Source: Lama guanicoe (taxonomy: Eukaryota). From it: 64,000 bases of DNA. Below are positions 1 through 11,515 of this stretch, in pieces. Each line of letters begins with the position of its first letter. Position 1 is the first letter of the stretch. The translations under genes were made by a program, and so were the position numbers. A model generated the notes under the pieces. The model was not told where the DNA came from. It ran no database searches and saw nothing but the letters and a program-made list of their open reading frames with translations. The stretch is taken from positions 2,432,524-2,496,523 of the forward strand of contig MU053873.1 of the NCBI GenBank assembly GCA_013239625.1, read 5' to 3'.

Positions 1-429
1 TCTCTCATCTCTGACCTTGTGGAGATGCCCAGGCCCTTCTAGAAGCCTGGAACAGTAAAAAGGGGGCCACTTGGAGAGACAGATGGTCTTCTGAGAAGAG
101 GAACTTTGGGAAAACTCTTCACAAACAAGCTCTCCTCCACTCCTCGGTTCCTCTGCTATCAGCAGAAAAAATGTACTGTGAAAACAGTACAAGCTGTGCA
201 GTTGGACAAAGGTGGACTTGAACCCAGCTGCCTGGCCTTGGACAGTCAATTCACCTGTTTGCCACACCATTCACTCATCAAGAGTGTGTGAGGGATGTTG
301 TGAGAGTGACAGAAGGCCATAGGTTCATTTATGCATTTTTTTTGTATAAATGGGATCATATTCGGTACACTTTTCTGCAAAGATATATTTTCACCCTTAG
401 TGTTTTTTGAGTATCTTTGCATGGGTCTG

Positions 430-657
430 AAGAATGCAGGTTTTAGAGACAGGTCCTTTGGTTTGAATCCCAGATCTGCAACCTGATGGCTGAAGAAACG
501 TCCTAATGTTCTACTCTCACCTTTCTCCAATGTTCACATCTGTAAAATGGGGAGGTTGATGTTGTTCATGGTACAGCTGAGAAGATTACGTGAGGGGCTG
601 CAAGGAGAGTGCCTGACCTCTAGTATAAGGGCTCAGTAAACACTGGCTAATGTTGTT
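430..657 (+). mobile_element. MIR SINE
   Basis: ggtttgaatcccagatctgc, core cacatctgtaaaatgggg and tail gctcagtaaacactggcta match the MIR consensus. Confidence 0.8.
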
Positions 658-1184
658 CCAAAACCCGACTCAGGTTCTTTTTGGCTACTGCTGAAAAGAG
701 TTTACTCCAGAATGTGCTTAACCTTGATCCTGGTGATGGACATCTGGACTGTTTCCAACATTCACTACAGAACTGTATGTCAGGCTGGGGGATGCAGGTT
801 CCACATGACATTGATCACAGTCATTATGGCCAAGAAAGTGAGTGCTTTTGAGGCAGGAAATACAAAAGGGAAGGTTTGTTTTATCATTATCGTGTTGATG
901 TTTTACAATGAGCAAATTCTCATGTATAGCTTGCAGGAGACGAAGAAAATTGTAAGAAAGAAAACAAAAGCTAAGGAAAGGAAGAAAGGAGTGAGAAGAC
1001 AAAGGTGGAGAGGTTAGTAAATGCCAGGGGTAGATCTGAAATATTCCAGGTTCCCCGGAAATGGTATTGTATCATCAATCCCCTGTGACTATCCCGACTC
1101 TGGGATTACTTGGCATCTGACTAATCCAAGAGAGGGAAAAAAGTCTTCCAGATCCATTGTTTTGTGGTGTTAAAGGACTGGCAA

Positions 1185-1370
1185 TGTGTGCGTGCCTGCG
1201 TGTGTGTGTGGAGATGTGTTTCTCTGTGTAAGTGTACGTACGTGCATGTCTGTGCCTGTGCACATCTGCATTATGTATGCGGTGCGTGTGTGCACATCTG
1301 TATGTAAGGATGTCCATGAGGGCATTTCCTTACGTGTGGGTGCACATCCGTGTGTGTGTTTGTGTGTGTG
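1185..1370. repeat. Degenerate (TG)n microsatellite
   Basis: Interrupted tgtgtg/tgcgtg runs. Confidence 0.85.
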
Positions 1371-2204
1371 TTCTCTTTAGCAGACAACAAGCCCAAAAAA
1401 TGCGGTGAAGGATAATGAGTGTGAAATAGTTCTGAACACTGCCTGCTCCTTTACACGTGTGGTGAGGGTGTGTTAACATTCACGTTCAGGATGAAAAGCC
1501 GTTTTGATTGACCTTCCCCACCCTTCCCCTCTCCCTTTGCCTCCTTCAGATTCTCTAATTGTCAGCTCTGTCCACACAAAGAGCAGTGGATCCCAGCAGA
1601 ATGTAACCTCCCCTGACCGAGTCGTTTGAGAAAGCCAAGCTTTCTGGTTGATGGAAGATCACCCTTCTTTAATTACTGTTTTGAAAATTACATTTTGGAT
1701 GGAAATCTCTGCAAAACACACTCTGTTCTTTGATGTTTGGACGGGAGCCCTTGAACTAAATCTCAGATCTATCATTATGAGCATGACTCATTTTCCAGAG
1801 AGAGACGAAAGGGCTGGCATGTATGGGGTGTTTTCTCCACCACAAAGTGGCCCTGGACTGCTCAAGTTTTGACATTTGTGAGGCTTTTAGCACACAGTCC
1901 TTTCCCTTCTAGTCCCCAAAGGCATCCGCAGCCACCTGTATCTGCTTTTACCTGAAGCTGTTTGCTTCCTTCTTTCTTCTATTTGTTGCATCCAACCTGC
2001 AGACCAGGTCTGTTAACTACCTTTGTTAATACTGTGTGTAAAATCGGGGTAACTAGGCTCTGAGTGAGAGTCAAAAATTGCTGGTTAGGATGAAGGATTT
2101 ACAACATTAAGATCCTTGCTCTTACTGGCTGGCAGGTGGGCAGTAAGAGTCCTGGCCCACCAAATGCAAAGAGCTGCACCAGGCTGAACAAAGGCTCCAT
2201 CCAC

Positions 2205-2410
2205 TTCATTCATTCATTCATTCATCATAGGTTTACAGAGCTCCAGCTACGTTGCTGGGTGTTGTTCTCAGCATAGGGGCTCAGGGAGGCCAGAGGCTTT
2301 CTATGTATCTGAGGTTTCCAGAGAGGTGAGCTGTGAATAGCTGAGGTGCTCCTGAATAAGACATGGGACCTGCCCTTATAATTTTGGTCTTTTGGGGGAG
2401 ACAGGATACA
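2205..2410 (-). mobile_element. L2 LINE 3' fragment
   Basis: (CATT)n tail followed by aataagacatgggacctgccctt. Confidence 0.55.
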
Positions 2411-2687
2411 GTGGACACACAAGGGCACATGCCAATACTCAGAAACATGTATGAGCTTGCAAACTCATACACACACATCAGGCAGTGCACTCAGAGGGCT
2501 AAGTGTGGAGTGTGGTAGTCAAGCAATTGGGGCACCAGGTGGGTTGGGACAGGACGAGGAGGCCCCTCCCTATCTTGCCATCACCACCCGTTTCAGGTGA
2601 GCTTTTCGTGGCAAAGGACCAGGAAAAGTGTCTGGAGACCTGGGATCTAGTCCCTGCACCCCAAATGGTCCCTGTGCCATTATGATC

Positions 2688-3020
2688 TCTTTTTTTTACA
2701 TTTTTCATTGCTCTGAAAGTGACATGTAACATTGTATTAGTGCACAACACAATGATGTGATATGTGTATATCTTGCTAAATGAGCACCACAGGAAGTCTA
2801 GTTAGCATCCATCACCACACATAGTTAGAATCTTTTTTCTTGTGATGAGAACCTTAAAGATCTACCCTCTTAGCAAGGTTTAGATATGCAAGACAGCGTT
2901 GTTAAGTGCAGTCACCATGCGTACATTACATCTTAGTCCTTACTTATCTTGTAACTGGAAGTTTGTACCTTTTGACCACCTTCCTCCAATTCCGCACCCC
3001 CCAACTCTCTCTGCCCATTT
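2688..3020 (-). mobile_element. L1 3' end (L1MA8/9-like)
   Basis: Poly-T start; gtctagttagcatccatcacc, tgtgatgagaac, aactggaagtttgtacc. Confidence 0.85.
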
Positions 3021-3214
3021 TTTTAATCGGACTATTTGATTGTGATCTGAATAACTGAACATTTCCCCAATCTGGGTCTTAGTTGCCCAACCTAAAAATG
3101 ATGAAATTGGACCAGATGATATCTGAAGCCCATTTGAGCTCAAACACTCTAATCTTTTGATTCTAATAACATAATCGGTCATAATCACGGCCTTGTATTG
3201 AGATTTTGTCATAT

Positions 3215-3395
3215 TTTAAGAGTCTTACATGCATCTTATTTAATCCTCACTTTGACCCAATGAAGCAGGTGCTACTTTCCCAATTTATAGATGAGAAAAC
3301 TGAGGCTACATGCAACTAAGTGGCCTGCCCAAGGTCATGCAGCTAATTCGTGTCTGAGCTGGGATTCAGCCCCAGAGTCCACGTCCTTAACCATC
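3215..3395 (-). mobile_element. MIR SINE
   Basis: atttaatcctcac...atagatgagaaaactgaggc...gcccaaggtcatgcagcta. Confidence 0.9.
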
Positions 3396-3629
3396 AATCT
3401 GCTGGGCTTCCAACATCCTGGGATATTGTGGTTCTGGGGTCCTGTGTTCTTAACTGTCTGTGCGCTTCCATGCTTCCCCGTGCCATTGCTTAGGGCCTTT
3501 GTTAGCAACAAAGTCTCAGACTTTATGAGGGGTATGGGAGAGGGAGGAGGAGAGCCAGGGCCCCCGATGCCTTGGAACTCCAGGCAGACTTGCACCCTGA
3601 GGTCCCCGGCCGAGTTCCCCTGCACGTTC

Positions 3630-3920
3630 ATCTGGCACTGGCTGGCGGGTGGGTATGCTGGCCAGTCCTGCCAGCTTGCCAGCTGGCCCAGAACGCCCAG
3701 TGGCTGGCACCTCGGCCACTTGGATGGGCTGCTGGCCCGCCTCCCACAGGCACGCAGCTGGCAGTGAGGAGCAGATGGCTGGCCGGTTGGGCCACTGGCT
3801 CTCCAACAAGCTGCCAGCTGGCTTTGCTGTGCCTAGTGCCTTGGCACCTCTGGGCTGGCATTGGTGGGCAAGAGGGCTGACACACTGGCTTCCTATGGAT
3901 GGGCAGCTGGCACAGGCAGC
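3630..3920. promoter_or_regulatory. Homotypic TGCCAGC/GCTGGCA motif cluster (candidate HIC1/HIC2 or NFI half-site array)
   Basis: Seven exact heptamers in ~245 bp plus many CTGGC/GCCAG cores; not a tandem repeat. Confidence 0.45.
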
Positions 3921-4525
3921 AGAGAGGAGCCCCCCTCCTGGCTACTCTCTTAAATGTCCAAGGGCCTTGGCCAATAAGAACTGAAGCCAGAATCCACCTG
4001 CCACCACTCTGAAGAGCAAGTTTCTTTTCCCGTGCTTTCCATGACCTGTGTTGATCTTCACAAGCTCTGGCCTCCCTGAGACGTGCAGCATGCCTGCGCT
4101 CGGACTCCCAACATTCTAGCCTCCTTTGCCGTCTGGGGAAGGTGTTTGCCCTGGCAGGCACCTCCAGTCCCCGCCAGCTCCTCTCTGCCTCCTTCAAATT
4201 CTGGCCACCTGTCCTTTTACAGCTTGGCTAAATCAGAGGCTCAGCTTCTGCAGCTGCCAGAGGACTGGACTTATCCAGGGCTGGGGTCTTGTGAGATGCT
4301 TGTGAAAGCCCAAGAGATGTGGGCTCCAGTCCCCACGTGTGCGGTGAGAATCTGGACGCACGCATTTCCTCTGTGGGCCTCAGTTTTCCCATCACTTCTT
4401 TCCGATCTCTCACTCTAAAGTGAAGAGTTCAGAACATAACAGAATCTCATCTTGGGGCGCCCAGATAAACCTTAGTGGGCTCATGACCCCTGATATTTTA
4501 TGCACAATCTTGTATGTTTGGGTGG

Positions 4526-4951
4526 CGTTATGGGTTGACTTGTGCCCTCCTCGCAGAAAGATGTTGAAAACCTAGCCCCCAGGACCTGTGAATGTGAGTT
4601 TATTTGGAAATTGGGTCTTTGCAGATGATCAGGTTGAATGAGGTCCTTAGGGTAGGCCCTAATCCAGAATGACTGTGTCCCTATAAAAGGGGAAATCTGG
4701 ACACAGAGACAGAGGGAAGATGATGTGGAGCCACAGGGAGAAGGCCATCTACAAGCCAAAGAAAGCCTGAGGCCACCAGGAGCTGGGAGAGGGCAATGGA
4801 ACAGATTCTCCTCCCTCCACCCAAAGCACCAACCTGTTGACACACTGATTTCAGATTTCCAGCCGCCAGAACCATGAGACAATAAATTTCTGTTATTCTA
4901 AGGCACCCTATTTGTGGTACTTTGTCACAGCAGCTCCCAGGCACTAATACG
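4526..4951 (+). mobile_element. MLT1B/C (ERVL-MaLR) solo LTR
   Basis: gttatgggttga...ggacctgtgaatgtga...aataaatttctg...tttgtggtactttgtcacagcagc...ctaatac; 5-bp TSD GGTGG at 4521-4525 and 4952-4956. Confidence 0.92.
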
Positions 4952-5344
4952 GGTGGACATGAAATTTTCTAAGATGGTCCATACATCCCAGGAGGTTATC
5001 AATGGAGCCCTTGACCCACCCACCCCAACTCAGGCCATTAACGTCCTCCCTGATCCTGACATTCTAGAATTCTCTATAAGGAAGTGTAAGGCACAGAAAA
5101 GCGTGACAGCCAGGCTTGGCTCCCCAGGGGATGCTTTATTCAGGCAAACTGAATTCATTACCCCTGATTTCAGATTTGAAGGAACTTAATCAAGACGAAA
5201 AGGCCAGCTCCCTTTTAATACCTGGCTTTGCATGTGATATCAGGAGACCTTGGTTCAAACCCCTGTTCCCTATTTTCTGGCTGAGAGACTGATTAGCTTG
5301 TAGAGCCGCCAACTGGAAGGCAAATGAAAATGTGAATTAAGCAA

Positions 5345-5490
5345 CTTAAAAAATTAATACTATCTCATCCTATAATTCCACTTCTGGGACTCTATCTGAG
5401 GTTATGTGTCAAAATATAGAAAAAGTTTTATTTAAAAAGGTGTTTATGGAAGCAGTTGGTTTATAAATTTAAAAAAAAGAAACAAGGAAA
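5345..5490 (+). mobile_element. Old L1 (L1ME-like) fragment
   Basis: aattccacttctgggactctatc motif. Confidence 0.55.
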
Positions 5491-5516
5491 TCACTGCCTC
5501 TGAATGGAGTTTGGTG

Positions 5517-6053
5517 GTTTAGGATACTCTCAGCAGTAGCTTATAGGCAGCTGACTTGCATGCCTGTAAAGCTCAGGACATCCATTATCTCACCTCATGG
5601 GAAGCCCAGGAGGAGGATGCACTGATGAGATGCCTCCAGGGGTCTGGATCTACTCCTCTGTGTCCTTCCCTGAATGTCCACTTTGTCCCTGGGCCAGCTC
5701 TCCTCATGGACACAAGATGGCTGCAGAGGTCCTGGCATCACTCTCTGATCCAGCCACCCGCAGAGAAAGAACAGGGGCATTGTCTCATGAACACCTCTTT
5801 GTAAGAGTCAAGCAACCTTTCCCAGAAGCTCCCAGCAAACTTTCCTTCATATCTCATCGCCTGTTACTGTGTTGTGCACCCAGGTCTTAACTAATCCTGA
5901 AAAGGCAAACGGGATGACTGTGATGGGCATGGGCAGTCAGGCCCACCTGTGAGGTTGGAGGTAGTTAGCTGCAGGACAAGGATGGTGAACTTGGACCCTA
6001 TCAGAAACGAAAGGGGGGGAGTGGGGACTGAATGGTCTGGTAAGCAACCAACA
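5517..6053 (-). mobile_element. MLT1K-like LTR
   Basis: cacaagatggctgc, cttcccagaagctcccagcaaact, ggtaagcaaccaaca. Confidence 0.7.
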
Positions 6054-6444
6054 GGGAGGTGATTAGCTACAGGACCGTGCAGTCGTCACTGGTTGATAAA
6101 TTAGCAGCAGTCAGAAAGTTAGAATTATGTTAAAATTAAAAGGCAAAATAACAAATAGGTATAAAGCCTGAGACATACATGACAAGGGTTGATAGCATCA
6201 GTGGAAAATGAAAATCACTAAGACCAACACTCCAAGATGATTAGAAAATGTAAATATGTAAAATACAAATATCCACTATTCCAACGAGAAAAGTAAAACT
6301 GGTATCACTGATCATCAACACGTTTGGCTGTAAACCTGTCCAGGGTTACAGGAACTCATCAGTCCTACTGAATTTTTGAGGATATGGTTACTCAAATGCA
6401 CGAACTGGTACAGCAAGTTGGCCTCGAAATTGTGCCTGCTTTAG

Positions 6445-6832
6445 TTGTTTTAACTGAGGCAAAATTCACATAACATAAAAGTCAGCATTTTAAAGTAGAC
6501 AGTTCAGCGGCATTTAGCACAATTATGTCGCACAACCAACACCTTTGTCTAGTTCCAAAGCATTTTAATCAGCCCCCAAAGAAAACCTCACACCCATTAT
6601 GCAGTCACTCCCCTAGCCCCTAGCCCCCAGCCCCCAGCCCCTGGAAACCACTAATCTGCTTTCTGTCTCTATGGATTTACCTATTCTGGATTTTCATATA
6701 AATGGAACCATCCAATATGTGACCTTTTGTGCCTGGCTTCTTTCACTTAGCATAATGTTTTCTAGGGTCCTCCATGTTACAGTATATATCAATACATCAT
6801 TCTTTTTATGGTTGAATAATATTCCATTGTAT
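6445..6832 (-). mobile_element. L1MB 3' end
   Basis: aaattcacataacataaa...ccactaatctgctttctgtctctatggatttacctattctgga...cttctttcacttagcataatg. Confidence 0.9.
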
Positions 6833-7145
6833 ATGGTGCTTTTTGACCCATCAATTTCATGTCTGGAAATTTATCCCAAGAAAATTATCAAAAGTGTGCA
6901 AAGAACAGCTACCAGGATCTTTCTGGAGATGTAATCTGGATGGCCGCAAAAGGAGACTGAAGAGATTATTTATGATTCATCTATGGGATGGGATACTATG
7001 GAGGCAACATCAGGTGTTACACAGTAGAATGTTTCATAATACTAGGAAACACTTACGATATATTGACGATTTTCTGAAAAGCAGATTATACAACTGCATG
7101 ATCTGGATAACCCCATTTCCATTCATTCTTTACATGATAGACAAC

Positions 7146-7265
7146 ATTCACTACTTATAGAGCGCCCACTGTGTGCCAGGCACTGTTCTAAGTGCTAAAT
7201 ATAAAGCAGTGATATAAGTAGACAAAAATCACTGACTCTGAGTAGCTATCTACATTCTAGTAGGT
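7146..7265 (-). mobile_element. L2 3' end
   Basis: gagcgcccactgtgtgccaggcactgttctaagtgct. Confidence 0.75.
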
Positions 7266-8064
7266 GCAGGTTTGGTGGGGGGATGTGAATAGGAGATGGG
7301 GTGTCCCATGAAGGAGAGTGGAAGCAGGCTACACTCACGTGTGTTGAGAGTCTAGATGCATAAACAGAAAATAACCTGAGTGGTGAATTACATGCAGTCT
7401 TTCTTTCTTTTTATGCACCCATAACATCCATGTTTTCTTCAATAAATATATGTGTTACTTTTATACTCAGGAAAAAGAAAGCTGACTTGAAACTGGTGGG
7501 CTTACTAAGAACAGACTACAACACAACATCAAAATGAATATCATGGAAATGTAAATAAAATTGCAGAATCTAAATGTTATAGAGTCCATGCTCACAATTT
7601 TATACACACATACACACACACATATTTAAAACACAGGTAGAAACCCAGTTTCTTTGTATCATGATTGGCACACAGTGGGTGTTCAATGAATACCTATTGG
7701 ATGAATGAATGATTTTCCCTTTACATCTGACTTTTTGCATTTTCCACACATCCCCCAGGAACATGCAGTGCCTTTCTTTGTGAAACAAAAACATCACATT
7801 TTTAAAGAAAATTTAGGCATATGATATATGTGCAAGGTAAATAAACTTTGGTGTAAGGAGAGAAATAAAACCAGGTTTGCATCAAGTGCCTTCTGCCCCA
7901 TAGTAGGCCTTCTAGAAATGTTTGTTCCTACTTTTCTCCCTGGAGTGCTTTCAAAAAGATCCTATTTACAAGAGAAAATTGATTCCCACACAACTGCTCC
8001 TCTCCTGCACATCTGTGACATTAATCACAGCCTTCCTGAAAAGCATCTTCAGAGATCGTAAACT

Positions 8065-8200
8065 CTAAGAATCGGAAGGAACCTTGAAGATTCCCCCATC
8101 ATACCCGAACTTACAGATGAGGAAACTGAGGCCCAGAGAGGGGAAGTAAGCTGCCCAGGGTCACACAGGTGGCCAGTGACAGAGCAGGGATGTGAGCTGT
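8065..8200 (-). mobile_element. MIR/MIR3 SINE
   Basis: ttacagatgaggaaactgaggcccagagagggg. Confidence 0.9.
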
Positions 8201-8224
8201 TTTAGTCTTTCTGCTCTATGGTGA

Positions 8225-8407
8225 CTTTTTCTCTTCTTGTAAGATACCAGTCTTGTTGGATCAGGGCTCCACCCTTACGAACTCATTTATCACTTAAGCA
8301 CGATCACCTCCTTTATGGTTAATGAAGCCCCATCTCCAAATAGAGCCACATTGGGGGTTACAGGTTCAACACAGGAATTTTGAGGGCACATAACTCAGCC
8401 CATAACA
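8225..8407 (-). mobile_element. MLT1A/B LTR 5' fragment
   Basis: ataccagtc...cccatctccaaatagagccacattggggg...actcagcccataaca. Confidence 0.8.
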
Positions 8408-8956
8408 GGAACCCACTCCCCACACCCCCCAGTTCAGTTCTTTCTACCAGGTCCGGCTTCCCCCGCCAATCAGAGCATGAAGGATGCCCAGGGTATCACA
8501 GAAATTTATGCTCCTTGGGAAAGACTGGGTTGTCTGTTTGGAGCCTTTGCCTTCTCTGCAAATCCACGCTTCTGCTGGAGGCTGCCTTCATCCTTGCAAA
8601 GAGACATGGTCCAATTTCTAGAAGAAAAGCTCTGGAAGGGTCCCACCCCACCTTTGCAGCTACCGTGACACTCTGACAGTGGACTTTCCCTAAGGAAACA
8701 CACCTGCTAGCGCATTTAACATTTCTTGAGGGCCCCGCAGGCCAGCTCCTGAGTTGGGTTCCAGGGGACAGAAACAAACACAATTCTTCCTTCCTGGATT
8801 TGGATACCAGTGGGGGAGAAAGACGCACACACAGACGACACTTCACCATAATGGAACAAACGCCAGATTCCAGGGAGGGCAGTCTCAGGGGAGGGGCTGA
8901 TGCTGTTTAGGGCAAACCTGGGTAGAAACTTGTATGAACGCAGGGACCAAAGGCTC

Positions 8957-9148
8957 ATGTTCTTGAACTAGAGACTCCTGAGCCAGAGTCCAGGGATGGG
9001 ATTCGCTGAGGCCCTGGAAACCAGTGAAACTGAAAAGAAAACAGTGGGAAAGTGCATTGTTACTTGGGAGAGAGTGCGCAATTTTTTATCTTATTGTCCA
9101 AAGGGATATTAAGTCCCTCTCTGCCTCAAAGAGTTTAAGAACCACTAC
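8957..9148. mobile_element. hAT-Charlie-type MITE, subfamily uncertain
   Basis: Ends in gtttaagaaccact, a Charlie-like TIR; degenerate left end catgttcttgaac. Confidence 0.45.
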
Positions 9149-9404
9149 CTTATTGGATGAGGGGATATTTCTAGTTGCAGAAGGTTCTTAAGAGTGGAGC
9201 ATGGGAGATGGGGCAAAGCAAGAGACTAGACAGAGCCCACATCACTGACCCCTAACTCTCTTCAGTCTGCGTAAGGGATTTATCTGGTAGAAGCATCAGG
9301 AAGAATTACTGATGCTCAGCGTTGCACTTCTCTGGAGTTCTGTCAACTCCAGAGATGCCCTGTTGCTTCTTGTGCTCCACTTTAAGCTGCTGATGGCCCA
9401 AGTA

Positions 9405-9555
9405 TGCCTAGAGCCCTGTGGTCTGGGGACCAGCAGCATTCTCTGGAAGCTAGTTGGAAATGCAGAATCTCAGGCCCTGCCCCAGATGTGCTGAATCCAA
9501 ATCTGCCTGTTATCAAGAACCCTGGGTACATGGTCAAGTTTGACAGATCCTTGCC
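9405..9555 (+). mobile_element. MER5A/B DNA transposon
   Basis: ggaccagcagcat...gaaatgcagaatctcaggccctgccccaga...tgaatc. Confidence 0.85.
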
Positions 9556-10059
9556 TGGAGAACACTTGTCATTCAGAAAGTTCACCTTGTTGGCTTCCCC
9601 TGGTCCAGGTCAGATCAGCCCACTAAACCCCTGAACAGGCACTACTAGCATGCTGTGTTGCAGAAGAGGAAACTGAGGTTGGAGGAAGGGACTTGGATTG
9701 TCCAAAATCACAAAGCTGGTGGGTCCTGGCCACATCGACTTGTCCACCACACTGCAACCTCAAAGGAAGAGCCATTAGCTCTGACCACCTGCCCACTTCC
9801 CCCAGCACCAGAGACCCAAGGAGGGAGCGGCCCACACCCTCTGTCCCTCCCACCTACCCAGTGCGTCCTCCCAACTCCCCGGTCATGTATAAAACATTCC
9901 CAGAAACCACTTACTCTTCATGCATTTTCCATGAAGCTGGGCCCAAGTTAAAACATATAAACATAAAAATATCAAGAAGCATTTTTTTAAAAAAAAAGGA
10001 CATGTTTCATGAATTACCAAGAGACTCATCTCTGCACTCACCCTCCTCCCAAGGCTGCT

Positions 10060-10330
10060 GCCCAGGGCTGCCCTCACCTCTCTCCTCCTTGCCCTTGCTT
10101 TTCCCTCCTCCCTTAATGTCAGCCCGTTCCTTCTCAGCTTCTGCCTTTTCTCCTCTGTGTTCCTCTTCCGTTTTCTCTTCTCTCCTCTTTCTCTCTTTCC
10201 TCTTCGCCTCTCTGTTCCTGGCTCTTTTTCCCTCCCTCCATTTACCTGTCTCTCTGTCTGGGTTTCCACCTGCGTTTCTCTGCCTCTATTTCTCCTTCTC
10301 TCTCTCACTGCCTTCCTGATTCTCGGCATC
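10060..10330. repeat. CT-rich low-complexity tract
   Basis: Polypyrimidine run. Confidence 0.8.
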
Positions 10331-10389
10331 TCTCTGAGTTACCATCTCCTACTATCTCCTGCTGAGTGTCTCCCAGGGCCTCCTCTGGT

Positions 10390-11088
10390 CCCACACCCAT
10401 GAAAATGGTTAAAATTAAAAGGGATGACAACCCTACCAAGAGTTGGTGAAAATATGGAGCCACTAGAACCTCAGATGCCACTGGTGGGCGTGTAAAAATT
10501 GATACAAACACTTTGAAAATGGTTTGGTAGTTTCTACTAAAGCTGAAAGCACATTTACTCTCTGACCAGATATTCCATGCCCTGTCTCCCAAGGAGAAAT
10601 GAGGGCCCATGTCCCCCGCAAGGCAGGTAGACAAACGTGCATACCAAGGACGTTCAGAGTAGCCCAAACTGGAAACAGTCCAAATGACCATTGACAGGAG
10701 AGTGGACGACTGGATTCTGGTTTATTTATATGCTGGGAGATGGTACAGCAATTAAAAGAAAGAACTGTCACTACACATCAATATGGACCAATCTCTAAAA
10801 CTTCAGGTTTTGAGAAAGAAGTCTAGACACAATAGAGTGCACACCATATGGGTCCACTCACAGGAAGTTCAAGAACAAACAAAACTGATCAGTGGTCTGA
10901 GAAGCCAGAGAGGGGCTATCCTTGAAAAGGGCTGTGTTGACTGGAAGGGAGCAGAGGGGAGCTTCCTGGGGGTGTTGGGAATGTAGTGTCCTGATTAAGG
11001 GGGAGCATGAACGTCGATAAAATATTCACCAATATTACACTTAGTGTTCATGCAGCTTGTATGCGAGTTTTATCTCAGTGTAAAAATA
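10390..11088 (+). mobile_element. Old L1 (L1MD/L1ME) 3' portion
   Basis: cacaccc...aaaatggttaaaattaaaa, tttggtagtttctactaaagctgaa, aactggaaacagtccaaatg, gactggaagggag. Confidence 0.85.
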
Positions 11089-11090
11089 CA

Positions 11091-11515
11091 AAGAAAACGG
11101 TCTCTATATATACAATGGAATACCATGCAGCCACAAAAAAGGAGAATTTTGCCATTTGCAGCAACATGGATGGACTTGGAGGGCATTATCCTAAGTGAAA
11201 TAAGTCAAACAGAGAAAGACAAATACTGTATGATCTCACTCATATGTGGAAATTTTAAAATACAACATACTAGTGAATGTAACAAAAAAGAAGCAGACTC
11301 ACAGACACAGAGAACAAACTAGTGGTTAACGATGGTGGGGGGGAGGGAGAGTACAGGTGTTGGGGAGGGGGAAGCACAAACTACTGGGTGTAAGATTGGC
11401 TCAAGGATGTATCGCACAACACAGGGAATATAGCCAGTATTTTGTAATAACCATAAATGGAAAGTAGCCTTTAAAAATTATATTAATTTTTTCAATTTTT
11501 AAAAAACCTATAAAG
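11091..11515 (+). mobile_element. Younger (artiodactyl/camelid-type) L1 3' end with ORF2 C-terminal remnant
   Basis: Frameshifted peptide YTMEYHAATKK / PFAATWMDLEGIILSEISQTEKDKYCMISLICG; 3' UTR gggaatatagccagtattttgtaataac. Confidence 0.92.

Larger units (their letters stand above)
6200..7480 (+). mobile_element. Fragmented old L1 (L1ME-like) hosting nested insertions
   Basis: Pieces at ~6200-6440, 6840-7110 (ttttgacccatcaattt...ggaaatttatccc) and 7370-7480 (tgttacttttata...aaaaag). Confidence 0.55.

Noticed and set aside
3291..4197. Six overlapping ORFs on both strands (up to 189 aa)
   Set aside because: They arise from stop-codon scarcity in the GC-rich motif cluster; one starts inside a MIR; no recognisable domain
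9693..10402. 208-aa and 148-aa ORFs
   Set aside because: Translations of a CT-rich low-complexity tract
11007..11322. Protein-like peptide ATWMDLEGIILSEISQ
   Set aside because: Frameshifted L1 ORF2 C-terminus, not a host gene
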